NCBI GenBank assembly: GCA_044892525.1
Contig: CM097885.1
Coordinates: 173,538,001 to 173,602,000, forward strand
Source: Schmidtea polychroa
Lineage: Eukaryota
Direction of reading: 5' to 3'
DNA length: 64,000 bases
Shown: piece by piece, positions 49,601-61,792 of the stretch
Layout of the letters: every line of letters begins with the position of its first letter
How positions within the stretch are numbered: position 1 is the first letter of the stretch
Notes under the pieces: generated by a model
Databases searched by the model: none
What the model was told of the DNA's origin: nothing
Seen by the model: only the letters and a program-made list of their open reading frames with translations
Program-made: the position numbers and the translations under genes

Positions 49601-49724
49601 TACTCTACTGTTTTTACTCTTTTTGTTACTTTTAACAGGTCTGATCGAGATTTAAGTGTAACCATGTATAGGCAGAATTTAATTCTCTACAACATGGCGC
49701 AATTAAAACTTTAGTTTGTCGCTT

Positions 49725-50020
49725 TGTGTGTAATACACACATGTTTTTACGATAAATTTGTATTTTTCATACAGTTAACGTAATTTTCTTAGGATTTTAT
49801 TCATATAATATATAGATAAAATTTAATTTTCTATAAAATAGCTTGATTAAAATTTATGTCTCGTATGTTGTGTGTAATACACACATGTTTTTACGATAAA
49901 TTTGTATTTTTCATACAGTTAACGTAATTTTCTTAGGATTTTATTCATATAATATATAGATAAAATTTAATTTTCTATAAAATGGATTGATTAGAAATTA
50001 TGTATCTTGTTTTGTGTGTG
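49725..50020. repeat. 144-bp tandem duplication, paralogous to about 39890-40195
   Basis: TGTGTGTAATACACACATG... starts at 49725 and 49869; a partial third unit starts at 50013. Confidence 0.85.
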
Positions 50021-50580
50021 ACAAGCGATGTATCTGCAATTAATTCTCCTGACATTGTTGTTCCAGATTGTCTCATCAAAGAAATAGAAGATCATATTCA
50101 ACGAATGGGGACAGTAAAAATCCAATTTGGACTTTGTGCAGAGTTTATCAAAGAGGATGGTTAAATTAAAAAATGGTGTTTGTCGAATAAAGCAATTACA
50201 ATGTCATCTTCATTTATTAATGATGGAATTGAAAAATTAAAAGAAAAGTTGGAGAAATACACTCAACAAAGTAGTGGGTGGAGAATTCATAAAATATTAG
50301 AAGTTACTATGATTTTAACTAAATTATCAGACATAATACATGTATCTGGTAAGTTTATTTACATTATTATATATATAAATCAAGATATTTACTTAGGTTC
50401 AAGTTACATTAAAACGCCAAATTACCTGAAAAACTGTCAGGCTTTAGTTAATGTTCAAAATAATGATCAATTCTGCTTTTTATATAGCATACTGGCCGTA
50501 TTACATTATGATGACATAAAACATCACAGAGAAAGAATAATGAAATATAATTTAAGTGGTAATATATATTTATATCATTC

Positions 50581-50640
<60 letters not shown>

Positions 50641-53504
50641 GAGTTAAAATGGAAATCAGATTGGTTTCCAATGAAGTTGGTTAACATTTGCCAATTTGAA
50701 GCAATGAATCCAAATCTAGCGATCAATGTTCTCAAATATAATAAAGATCCAATTAAACAAAAAACTAATGATATTTTCAAGAATCCGTTCGTTGACTTGG
50801 TATATAGAAGTACTTCGACGGGATCTCAATTATATCTCTTATTGATTGAAGAAGGTAATATTTCCTTTAATCATTAAAAACTTTAACTAAATTTTAGAAT
50901 TAAATTATCACTTTTTGGCTGTAACTAATCTCGATCGACTGCTCAATTACAGAAATAGAGTAGAAGGAGTCAGAATCCAATCACATTGGTGTCATACGTG
51001 TCTTCATGGGTTTCAAAAACGTCCTGCTTTTGAAAGACATATAGGTCTTTGTAGGAAGAATGTGGAGTGGACGACTCTATACTCAATGCCAGAGAATAAA
51101 TATATCGAATTTAAAGACTGGAGTAAAACTATAAAACAGCAGTTTGTTGTCTACGCGGACTTTGAATCAATATTACCTCTAGATGACAAGCACTTCCAAA
51201 AACATGAGCGATTTTGCATCTGAATTTGTGCTTCTTCATCAAGGTTGTCCGATTCGAAATGAAACATTTGTTGGGAAAAACTGTATCATTCAGTTTATAC
51301 AAGCATTGGATGATATAGCTACAGACATAGTTTATCCGTGGTATAAAATTAATGGATCGAAGGAAATGATGGAACTCACTTGGGAACAGCAGGAAGAATT
51401 TACGAATCAAACTCATTGCTACCTTTGTAAAAAGATTATCAATATACCTGTTCGAGATCATGATCATTTTACTGGTCAATATCTCGGAGCAGCGTGTCAA
51501 GATTGCAACTTGGCTAGAAGAATCAATCCGTCTTTACCTGTTGTATTTCATAATCTTCGTGGATATGACATTCATCATATATTAAAATATGCAATTGGAA
51601 AATTCCCCGATTGGAATTTAAATGTTATTCCTCAATCAACAGAAAAGTTTCTCACACTTACAGCGACATCGAAAGGCAGAAGAATTAGATTCATTGATTC
51701 TTTACAATTTTTAAATAGCAGCTTGGCAAATTTATCAAAAAATTTACCATGTCTTCCACTGACCTCAGATGTTTTCGAATCACAGATGATGACTTGTAAA
51801 ACCATTTTTCCTTATGATATGGCTACATCAATGGATGTTTTACAGTCAATAACAGAATTACCACCGATTTGGGAGGGAGTTAGTGAAGAAGATTATATAC
51901 ATGCAAATCGAATCTGGCGACAATACAACTGTGAGACACTGCTAGATTACATGCTAATATATCTCAAGTTGGATGTTTTTCTGTTGGCCGATGTTTTTGA
52001 AGCTTTTAGAGAAAAAACATTTGACGAAGATGGACTTGAGGCTCTATCGTTTGTTTCCATACCCGGATTAAGTTGGGCATCAGCTATTAAACAGTTACCT
52101 GAACCGGTAGAACTTATTCAAGATCCAGAGCTTTGCCGTTTATTTGAAGCTGGTATTCGTGGTGGAATGACATTTATCAACAAACATCATGTTGAAGCTG
52201 ATGAATCAACACAAATGTCATACTTAGATGTTAATAATTTATATGGATGGGCGCTGTCGCAAAAACTTCCTGTTGGGGAATTTAGATGGTTAGAAGATCA
52301 GACTGAAATGAATGGTATTGTTGAAAGATGTGCAAATGGGGATGAGTTTGATGGAGATCGTGGATATGTTCTAGAGGTTGACATCGTCATTCCTGATAGT
52401 ATACAAGATAAGCTAGATGATTTACCTATAGCTCCTGAGCTTTGTTTTCCGCCTGGTAGTAAAATTGAAAAGCTGTTGTTAACTCATGAGCCTAAGAAAA
52501 ACTATGTAGTTAATGGTAGAGTTTTGACAGAGTGGTTGAGTTACGGCGCAAAAGTCACAAAAGTTAATCGTGCTGTAGAATTCAAACAAGTGGCTATTTT
52601 CAAAGGATATATTGATTACAATACCAAAATGAGAGCAGCTAGTACGGATTCGTTTCAGCGAGATTATTATAAGTTAAAGAACAACAGTTTATACGGTAAA
52701 ACTGTGGAAAACTTGAAGAAACGTATAAATTTGAGATTATGCAACAAAAGCAAAAGATTGATAACTTATTGTAGTCATCCTATGTTTCGTCGTAGCATCA
52801 AGATTGCGGATGATCTCATTGCTGTTATACTCAATAAGGAAATTGTGTGTTTAGATAGACCAATGTATATTGGACAAACCGTACTTGATTTATCCAAACT
52901 TCGCATGTACCAATTTCAATATAAAGAACTACAGAGTTATAGAGAAGAATTCAATTGTCAAATTAATATCGTAGCTGGTGACACAGATTCCTTCTTTTTG
53001 GAGTGTAAAAATGTAGATTTACGCTTACAACTATATCCAAAAATGATTGAAGATGGGCTCCTAGATACTTCAAATTATCCAGTGACCGATCCGTTGTTCT
53101 CTGATAAAATCTGTTCTGTAATCGGGAAAGTTAAGGATGAGAATAAAGGAAATCAATATAAAGAATGGGTGTTTCTTCGACCCAAGTGCTACTCACTCCA
53201 AGGCGATAAAAACACTCTAAAAGCCAAAGGAATAAGACTTACAAATTCTAATATTACACATGAAGCCTATAAAAAAGTGTATACTGATGGTGGAACAGTG
53301 AGCATCCCACAAAAAAGAATAGGAAGTGTCAATCATCAGTTGTATACTTTCATGACAGACAAATGAGCTCTCCAATGTTTGGATGATAAAAGATATTGGT
53401 TCAATTCTAATGAAAGCTATGCCTACGGTCACTATAAGATTCGTCAAATGCATATTGCAACTGCTATGTCTAGAAATGAATGCAAATCGAAACAAGCACT
53501 TTAA
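50020..53504 (+). pseudogene. polB: Protein-primed family B DNA polymerase (Polinton/Maverick/adintovirus type), three introns, disrupted
   Basis: Motifs: SSGWRI, GSSYIKTP..VNVQNNDQFCFLYSILA, ExoI VYADFES, DHDHFTGQYLGAACQDCNL, ExoII VFHNLRGYD, FIDSLQFL, ExoIII LKLDVFLLADVF, motif A YLDVNNLYGWAL, motif B KLKNNSLYGK, motif C AGDTDS, C-terminal DDKRYW...AYGHYKI. Introns 50349-50396, 50559-50641 and 50855-50897. Lesions: TAA at 50162, a frameshift near 51210, and TGA at 53364 followed by a conserved in-frame tail to TAA at 53502-53504. Confidence 0.92.
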
Positions 53505-54264
53505 CAATTAAATTTATGTGAATAATAAAATATATATTGTGAATAATTTGTCTTCGTTAATTAAAATATGTTTTATCATTTAATAATTCATTTGTCCAAT
53601 TATTTTAGATAATTAGTTTCAAGTAAGAAATATTATTTTCGTGTTTATTTTATTTATTTATTTATTTTTTCCGAAATATTAATATCCGGTTTATCTAAAA
53701 TTAAATCATCGTTTTATTTTATAATAAGTTAAATAATTTCTAATTAAAATTTTATTCGAATTGAATAATTACTAACTAAAATTTTATTCAAATTGAAATA
53801 TTATTGTTACAATTTACACTCTTGTTAGAATATATTAAATGTCAATGTAAAATAATAACAATAAAAAAAAATAATAATCATAATGATAAATAAAAAAAAA
53901 TAAATAAATAAATAAATAAAAATATTAAAATTAAAAAAAAAAATCAATTAAATAACGTAAGTAATTAAAATAAAATATTAATAAATAATTAATTAATTAA
54001 ATGTAATAAATTGAAAATTAACTAAAGTAATTAATTAAAGCAAAAACATAATAAAATAATTAATTAAATGTAATAAATTGAAAATTAACTAAAGTAATTA
54101 ATTAAAACAAAAAACATAATAAATAAAATGATTCGATTGACCTATATTTGATCTGGACATTGGGATGACCTTGAAAGTGTCCTGGAGTCCTCATTATATA
54201 CTACTAATTTGATTTAGGAAAAGTAAATTTAAATTATTATTTACCGTTTGAATTTTAGCCCAAA

Positions 54265-55125
54265 GTGAATCGATATAACCTCAGAAGTCAGAAACAAACC
54301 CAAATGGCAAATGCTAGTTGCCAAAAATTACCAGTTAATCAATATGGAGGAGACCCTTTTGAGTTCGCTGATTTTATGGACGATTACTATATGTATGCGT
54401 CAGCATATGGATGGTCAGAAGAGATAATGGTGCAAAGATTTCCGTTATATTTGAAAGGAACAGTCAAAGAAGTCTGGAAGCAAATAAATAAGAAAATAGT
54501 TGAAAATGACTGGAATAAATTAAAAGATACGTTGGAAAGTAAATTTATATGCCCTGATATTAGAAGGATGACGAAGAAAACATTTTATCAAAGAATACAA
54601 GGATCAGATGAATCCATTATTGAATTTGGGTACAATTTTATTTCATTGGCGAGGAAGGCATTCTCAGTAAACTCTGTTAATGATGACATTAATATTCATA
54701 ATATTATTATCGATATATTTCTGAAGGGTATCAACAATGATTTGAAATCAATGGCTGCTATGGTACAATATGATGATGTGTTTGATTTAATAAGGAAACC
54801 TTCAAGTGTTGAACGAATGATGGCTGATTGTAATAAGCTCAAAGATTATTATGTCCAAGGCTTCAAACATAAAGTGAGAAGTAGTGATTTCCCGTATCAT
54901 CCGAATGTTAATTATAGCCACTTAAATACTTTTAATGATATATATGATATTGAAATAAATCCTTCCTCATGTAATTATGAATCTAAAAATCACAGAATTA
55001 GTGATATCCTTTCGGAAAAAATTGATCAAAATATTTTGAATATTGAAGATAAGTGTCAGCTGTATAAAGGTTGCCGTGTAAACGATCAAGTTCTGTACTT
55101 AGGGAGTTTGTGTGAAAGAAGATGA
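54265..55125 (+). CDS. Retrotransposon gag (capsid-like) ORF, likely a Ty3/gypsy remnant
   Basis: First Met at 54304. YGGDPFEFADFMDDY..AYGWSEE..FPLYLKG..FYQRIQGSDESIIEF..IFLKGI fits a Ty3-type capsid pattern. No pol follows. Confidence 0.7.
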   Translation: MNRYNLRSQKQTQMANASCQKLPVNQYGGDPFEFADFMDDYYMYASAYGWSEEIMVQRFPLYLKGTVKEVWKQINKKIVENDWNKLKDTLESKFICPDIRRMTKKTFYQRIQGSDESIIEFGYNFISLARKAFSVNSVNDDINIHNIIIDIFLKGINNDLKSMAAMVQYDDVFDLIRKPSSVERMMADCNKLKDYYVQGFKHKVRSSDFPYHPNVNYSHLNTFNDIYDIEINPSSCNYESKNHRISDILSEKIDQNILNIEDKCQLYKGCRVNDQVLYLGSLCERR

Positions 55126-55369
55126 ATGTATATCTGATGATCATACCCAATTACTATCAGAAATATCGAAGGTCGAAACATTCAATGCAAATTTATCCTA
55201 GGGCCTGGTTGTTCGTATTAACAGCTCTTACTACTCCAAACTTGTGCAAGAAACAGGAAACTCCAAAGGAAATGCAAGGAAAGTGGGCTCCATTATTTAC
55301 ACAATTATGTACCCATTCAGACAGGTTTAGTTTCAATGGGCCCAATTTAGAGTTTTGTACTTAAGGTGC

Positions 55370-55570
55370 TTCTCCATACTCCATACATTCCGGATTTAGC
55401 TCCATTTATCTTCTCATTGTTTAATCACCCAAGAAAACCGTGAGGCCAACAGTTTGCATAAAAAACAATTTGAAAGATGAAGTGACTCATTTAATGGGCG
55501 AAATCTAAGAATTTCTTCAAAATCTAGTTACACGCTGGAAAAATAAGTCGAGAATGAAAATTATTTTAAG
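55370..55570 (+). pseudogene. mariner transposase C-terminal remnant
   Basis: HTPYIPDLAP..LF resembles HPPYSPDLAPSDYHLF. Confidence 0.6.
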
Positions 55571-58500
55571 AAATAAATCTCACATGACTTGTCTATTGTA
55601 AATACAAAATGTATTTTCGTCCTTTTATCTCTATACGATTCTTACTGATTATTGGGCGTACCACTCAAATCATATAAAAATACTTAAAATAAAATTGAAA
55701 AATTTTTATTAAAAATTCCATCATCATCATCATTTGTGTTATAACAAGATAACAAGCCATTTAACAATTCTACCTCGTCTAAAACACTTCAGCAAAACTG
55801 AAACATGGAACTTTTATCTAGGAAGTTTCATTTCAACAGCACAAAATCTATGACAAAATGTGACAAAAACAGAATCAAAAACCTAATCCTACTAAGTTTA
55901 CAATAAATCAAAGTGGTGACTAATATTTAATCACTCCAACACTGAATTTAACATATAAATCAAATGAACTGAAAATAATAAAACATTTTAAAATAGAAAT
56001 ATTACATAATTAAAAAGATGAGTCAATATATATTAATTTTAAAGTTAATTAAATAACTGCTAATTTTCATTGTTTTCTTCTAATTTCTTTTTATACAAAT
56101 CACGATCTCGATGCAATATGAAATCCGAATTAATTCTATACGTATTTATATATTCAGCAAATGTAATCGCTACGAAAATACATATAATTGGCTTTAAAGA
56201 TATTTTTTTTAGTGATTCTGAAATTTTTGTAAGAAGTTTAACTTGAAGCGGGTCTTTCATTTATTCTTTACGAATATAGTATTTAGTTTCAAAAATTTTT
56301 CAATAAAAACTAAATTTCAAAAACCATAACCAAATTTTAATTAACATTATACAGTAAAACAAAGTTAAAGCATTGTTTGATTGTATATTAATTAATAATA
56401 CTTTTTCTTAATTTATAAATATTTGTAATTAAATTTATTTATATATAATAACTTTATATGGATTTATATACCAATGCTTTTATAACTGAGATAGATGTTT
56501 AAAGGAAACTTTATTTTTCAATATTATTAGATAAAACCTGTTTTCGTGTAAAACTTGGAGATTTTAGAATTATTAATAATGTATCGAAAAAACATGCATA
56601 GAACCACATTAAGTTGAATTAAATTATATAACACATGAAGTAAATCAAAATCAAGTATACACGTTGATCTGAAATCAAAAGCTGGCATGTCGACTGAGAT
56701 AACCTACTTTATTCCTACCGCAACTAAATAAAGTTAGTTTGACCGCTTGACATATATTGTTGATTCACATTGGTAACTGGGCTGAGTTCATATGAAAATA
56801 TTAGATTTATTCGCTCATTTTACTGAAAAGATAATATAGTTTCTTAATTAAAAAGTTATATGCAATCTCAATGCTCATAAATACAATTATTCTTACAATT
56901 GTATTTAAAAATTACTTTTACCAAAGAATCACTGCTGTTTTTCGTTGCTTGGTAATGTACACAGTTTCCAAGAACCAGTGAGCAGTTGAGTTCGATTGAT
57001 AGAGCTACGATTTATTGTATTCTCACTTTCATGTTCATGACTGCCAATTGATGAATTCACGTTGCTTTATCTTTATACATCAATTTCTTATATTACAACT
57101 CTTTTTTACTCAATATTATATTCAAAAATTTGAGCCGGGACCTGTTCTTCCTCCGGGTCCAAATTATAACTATCGTTATTAACGTAATATATTGGTTGTG
57201 TCTCTGGTTCTCGTTTAATGCCGTTTCTTTCTTTAATTGGTGGTTTCTCTTCTCTTATAAAGATAACGATGTGCCACTGTCATCTATTAGTTCCTCAATG
57301 AAGCTTTTCCTCGGCTCTATTTCACTCATTTCCATATCTGAATTTTCGTCTTCACACTATGATCCATCTTCTGATATTGTTATTGGTTGGCTTCTTGTTT
57401 GGTGTGTTTTGCTCATGAATTCATTTAAGTCTTTTTTCATCATTTCTTACCATTCGTTTTCCACTATACTGTATATTAATTTTACGATACTAGTTGCTAC
57501 TGCAGCCGAGAAGGGTTCTGGTTGTTTGAGGATCTCGTTTAATTTTTTGTCTTTATAATATTTTTGTGGTAGCCAATTACCTGATAAGTCAAATTTGATA
57601 TCTTGATTTTGTGTGGGGCGACATTTTTTACAAATGATTCCATGAATTTGTGTTCTGACATCTCTCATACTCCAATCACATTGCTTTTTTTCATAAGCAA
57701 TAATTTTGTAATTTAGTGAATGATATTTTGTTTACTAAATCAAACATTGGCATATTATTGCAATAATTATGTCAAAATTACTAATAATTCTAAGGCAGAA
57801 AATTAATTAAAAATTATTTAAGTGAAAAATTTATTCTCATGCCGTATCAGTCGTAATATGAATATTTAATTTGCAGTTTTGTTTATTCTAATATTTTAAC
57901 TATTTTCAATTTACGCAAAAATTTATTAGTATAGAGATAATTATATATTTAATTAAATTAATTTTTTCTGAAATTGTTAATTAAGGTTATTTTTACGATG
58001 TGTCAAATTACGTGTTTTTTCAATGTTCTAAATGATTTTTCTATAACTACGTGTTTATGGCACTTTCTTTAGAAATGCATAGCTTCATTTTTCAGACAAC
58101 TAGTAATTTTTTGGTGATTATGTTAAGCTCTCAAATATGAGTATTTAAAACTTCAACTTTGGACTGGTGGCCTATAAAAACAATGATTTTTCTGGTTAAA
58201 ACGTTTATTAATATAAAATTTACCAATAACATTTTCCAATATTCGCTGATCTTTGAATATCTTTCACAATATTTGATTTCGAAAGAAAGTGCATGCTATG
58301 TAATCTTTACTTAAACTGTATAACATTCCAAATACAAAAATTTAAACCTAAACAAAAGTTGTGTTTGATGATATAAATCAATTCTCTCAGTCGTCAGTTA
58401 TCCAGGACTTGAGAACGGAGATTACGGGTAGTCATTCCAATGTATGTGGGATTGCACCCATGACATATAAATTCAAAACCAAGATCTGAATACAATCTAA

Positions 58501-60940
58501 GCAAGAATCAAAAGAGAGAAATTTCACAATTTATACTACAATTAATAAAAGATATAGAAAATTATTGTAAAAATAACAAGTAACTGTAAATATTTGAATT
58601 CTTCAAGACATTGTTTAAGATATTGTTAAAAAGTAATTAATGAGCAATAGTACTTTAAATTAAAATCAATAATAACCAAATAAATATTAATCATAAATAT
58701 GTATTATCCAAGATCTCTTTCTAATAAAATATTTTAATAAAATCTGGTAAATAATTTTAGATTGAATGAGTAAATTGAAATGAATTACTTGTAAATAAAA
58801 TCATTTCTTAAAAATAAACTCTTATCAAATCTATACTCAATTTAATTGGTGGAACCTAATAAAAAATTAGCAAAGTAAATTTACAATAACAAATGCTCAA
58901 CGAAGTAACCAACTTATAATTATTGAGAATACATGACTTAATACACAATTTAGATTCGTCAAAGTCTTCGATCTACCTGAGAAATTTCTAAATGATTATC
59001 ATACACTCCCAAGATAGATAAAACCCCTGATCATGATCACTTAAAATCAAGGAGTAATTCAGTTCCGTAGAAAATTCACTTATGGATTCTTCAGACGTAT
59101 AGAAAGAACCTGAGACCAAAGTATACCTTCACTATAGTGTGATTTTCACATTGACATATGTTGCTCCTTTAGGGGTGGAGGTAATTAGAGAATAAGAAGC
59201 ATCTTTAATGCTCGTGGAAATGTGTTAGTTTTGATTGAAGACTGCCAGACTACATGAATGCTTCTAGTATATTTAAAGAGATAAAATACTTGTACCACTA
59301 GTTATAGTAGAACTGATTGAAATTTTTGTACAGGATAAACAACGGCTAAATAAATTTATAATAAAGAATAATCATTCAAAATGTAATGATGTTAAATTAG
59401 TTGGTTAATTAGGAAGCATAATATTACAGGTAAGACGGAATATGTAATAAACTTGAACCTTTTTGAAAATCATTTATAATTTCTAAAATTTGTGCAACGA
59501 AATTATTGTGACTTAGATTGTATACAAAATTATTTTAAATTTTTATTGAATGGTGAATGTTAAAAAATCACACCATACATTGCGAACAGAAATAGTTGAA
59601 CTAGGTATTGCAGTGAAGTTTGTAGGTTTTAGATTCAACTTCCGATAATTCGAGCAGCCAGCAATGACAATTATTTACTGATTCATAGTCTTCAAGCTTT
59701 TTGATAACTGTTGATAAAACGGCAATAATAATACCACTATATTTTATTTCAAGCGCACTATCGCATAATTCGTTACAAAAACCGGGTATAGAAAAATATA
59801 CGCATTACCTGGACAGCGTTGCAAAAGAATCGCGTTGTAGGATGTTTATAGTGAGAATAATAGGCCCGATATTTTTTATCAAAAGTTTGTGATAGAATCC
59901 AAATTTTGATACACTTCCAATATTTATTACAAAATTTGTCTTGTTTGAAAAAAGGGAAAAAATATTTTAAACTATAGAAAACATTATTTCATATAATGAT
60001 TGTAAAAAATTATTTAGAACTTTTTTATTGTGTAAATTATTTAAATTTTAAATTAACATTATATTCATTAAAAAAATTGATTATGAATTAGTAAAGATAT
60101 TGATGTATTTTTTTGATATTAACGAATATGTAATAAATTTTGGATTCTGTCAATAATTATAAAAACAATTTAGCCGAAATTAATATAATGAATACACTAG
60201 ATATAATAATAAACAAATTATTATTTTTCTCAGTTGCATATTCAATATTGCAAATTAACAGTAATCATGTAAAATCCTAAAGATTTAGAGAATTCCCTTA
60301 GATTAATATACATGAAGGTGCATTGGAAAGCAACAGGATCAGAATTTTAATCTTATCGATCCCTACCTGTTTAATTTTTGTCTAAATCGAATGTCATGCA
60401 GGAAAAGTGATTATAATAAAAATATTTTTAAATATTATTTAAACAAATATTTAAAAGAATTACTAGTAAATTTCTCACAACATAAATGCTGATAGAATAT
60501 GTACATTCTTTTCTCTGAGTATGAAATACTTCGAGATAACCAAATAAACAAGAAATGATTTCAAGTATACTGTTCAATTTCTATTAAAAAGACCATTTTC
60601 ATATGTTTATGACATAAAAATCGGTGATTTAAATATTATAATTTTGTATTTAAATAAATTATGCTTAACCTATTATACAAAAAGCTGCAATGTCATATCN
60701 NNNNNNNNNNNNNNNNNNNNNNNNNNNNNNNNNNNNNNNNNNNNNNNNNNNNNNNNNNNNNNNNNNNNNNNNNNNNNNNNNNNNNNNNNNNNNNNNNNNN
60801 NNNNNNNNNNNNNNNNNNNNNNNNNNNNNNNNNNNNNNNNNNNNNNNNNNNNNNNNNNNNNNNNNNNNNNNNNNNNNNNNNNNNNNNNNNNNNNNNNNNN
60901 NNNNNNNNNNNNNNNNNNNNNNNNNNNNNNNNNNNNNNNN

Positions 60941-61600
60941 AGCACAGTAAGAAATTTCGTTACAAAATCATTAATAATGTAATAAATGAAATAAATTTTG
61001 TATGATTGTAATTAATATAGTAATACTTTTAATAATTATCACTACTTAGACATATATTATTTTTTGTTTAAATAATATTTGAATTCTTAGGTTTTTTAAA
61101 AATTAAAATACGACACAATTTTTAGCACACTTTAAAGATTTTTAAGTATTAATAATTTTAACCTATTTTTTTATACTACTTTATATGATTTTAATGTTTA
61201 TAATAATTTTAGAATTGATTATGAGATCTCCAGATTTAAAGAAAGTTGCTATAAAGATGAAACAGGAAGGTAACAGGAAGGTAAAATTTTGGATTTCTAT
61301 GCATCAATAAGATTGAGACTGTGTAAAGTTCTGAGTAATCACGGAAATTTGTATAATTGTTAAGTATTAGTGTGTATAAATAAAGTGTGCTAAAAATTGT
61401 GTCGTATTTTAATTTTTAAAAAACCTAAGAATTCAAATATTATTTAAACAAAAAATAATATATGTCTAAGTAGTGATAATTATTAAAAGTATTACTATAT
61501 TAATTACAATCATACAAAATTTATTTCATTTATTACATTATTCATGATTTTGTAACGAAATTTCTTACTGTGCTAAAAATAGTGTCGGGCAGTATATATA
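60941..61600. mobile_element. Foldback/MITE-like inverted repeat
   Basis: 60941-61135 is nearly the exact reverse complement of 61381-61574, with a spacer of about 245 bp. The left arm enters an N gap. Confidence 0.85.
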
Positions 61601-61667
61601 TATAAATATAAATATTTATGTTAAAAGTAACAAACTAATATAGTCAATATCTGCATTAGTTACGTGA

Positions 61668-61792
61668 GGTGTTTTCAGTTGAGAATTAAATATTTCAATG
61701 ATTTATTAAGATAATTTTAAATGATAAAAAAGGTGTTTTCAGCTGAGAATTAAATATTTCAATGATTTATTAAGATAATTTTAAATGATAAA
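61668..61792. repeat. About 63-bp tandem duplication
   Basis: AGGTGTTTTCAG(T/C)TGAGAATTAAATATTTCAATGATTTATTAAGATAATTTTAAATGATAAA occurs twice. Confidence 0.85.

Larger units (their letters stand above)
46998..53600 (+). mobile_element. Polinton/Maverick-like element: left terminus, long repeat arm and polB; right end not found
   Basis: Begins AGTAGGTAGTTAG at 46998, abruptly truncating a Buster ORF. 46998-49460 is homologous to the reverse complement of the right arm of element 20514-25821. 49624-50015 is homologous to the interior of element 39115-41324. polB follows. The right boundary is approximate. Confidence 0.6.

Noticed and set aside
53364-53366. TGA as the true polB stop, or as recoding
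   Set aside because: The conserved DDKR..GHY tail continues in frame, so it is premature. The gene has two other lesions and SARDH uses TGA as a normal stop, so decay is simpler than recoding.
1911-60982. ORF-track entries made of X runs (gaps 1948-2106, 26801-26962, 29799-30007, 39490-39805, 40583-40940, 60700-60940)
   Set aside because: Artefacts of translating N gaps.
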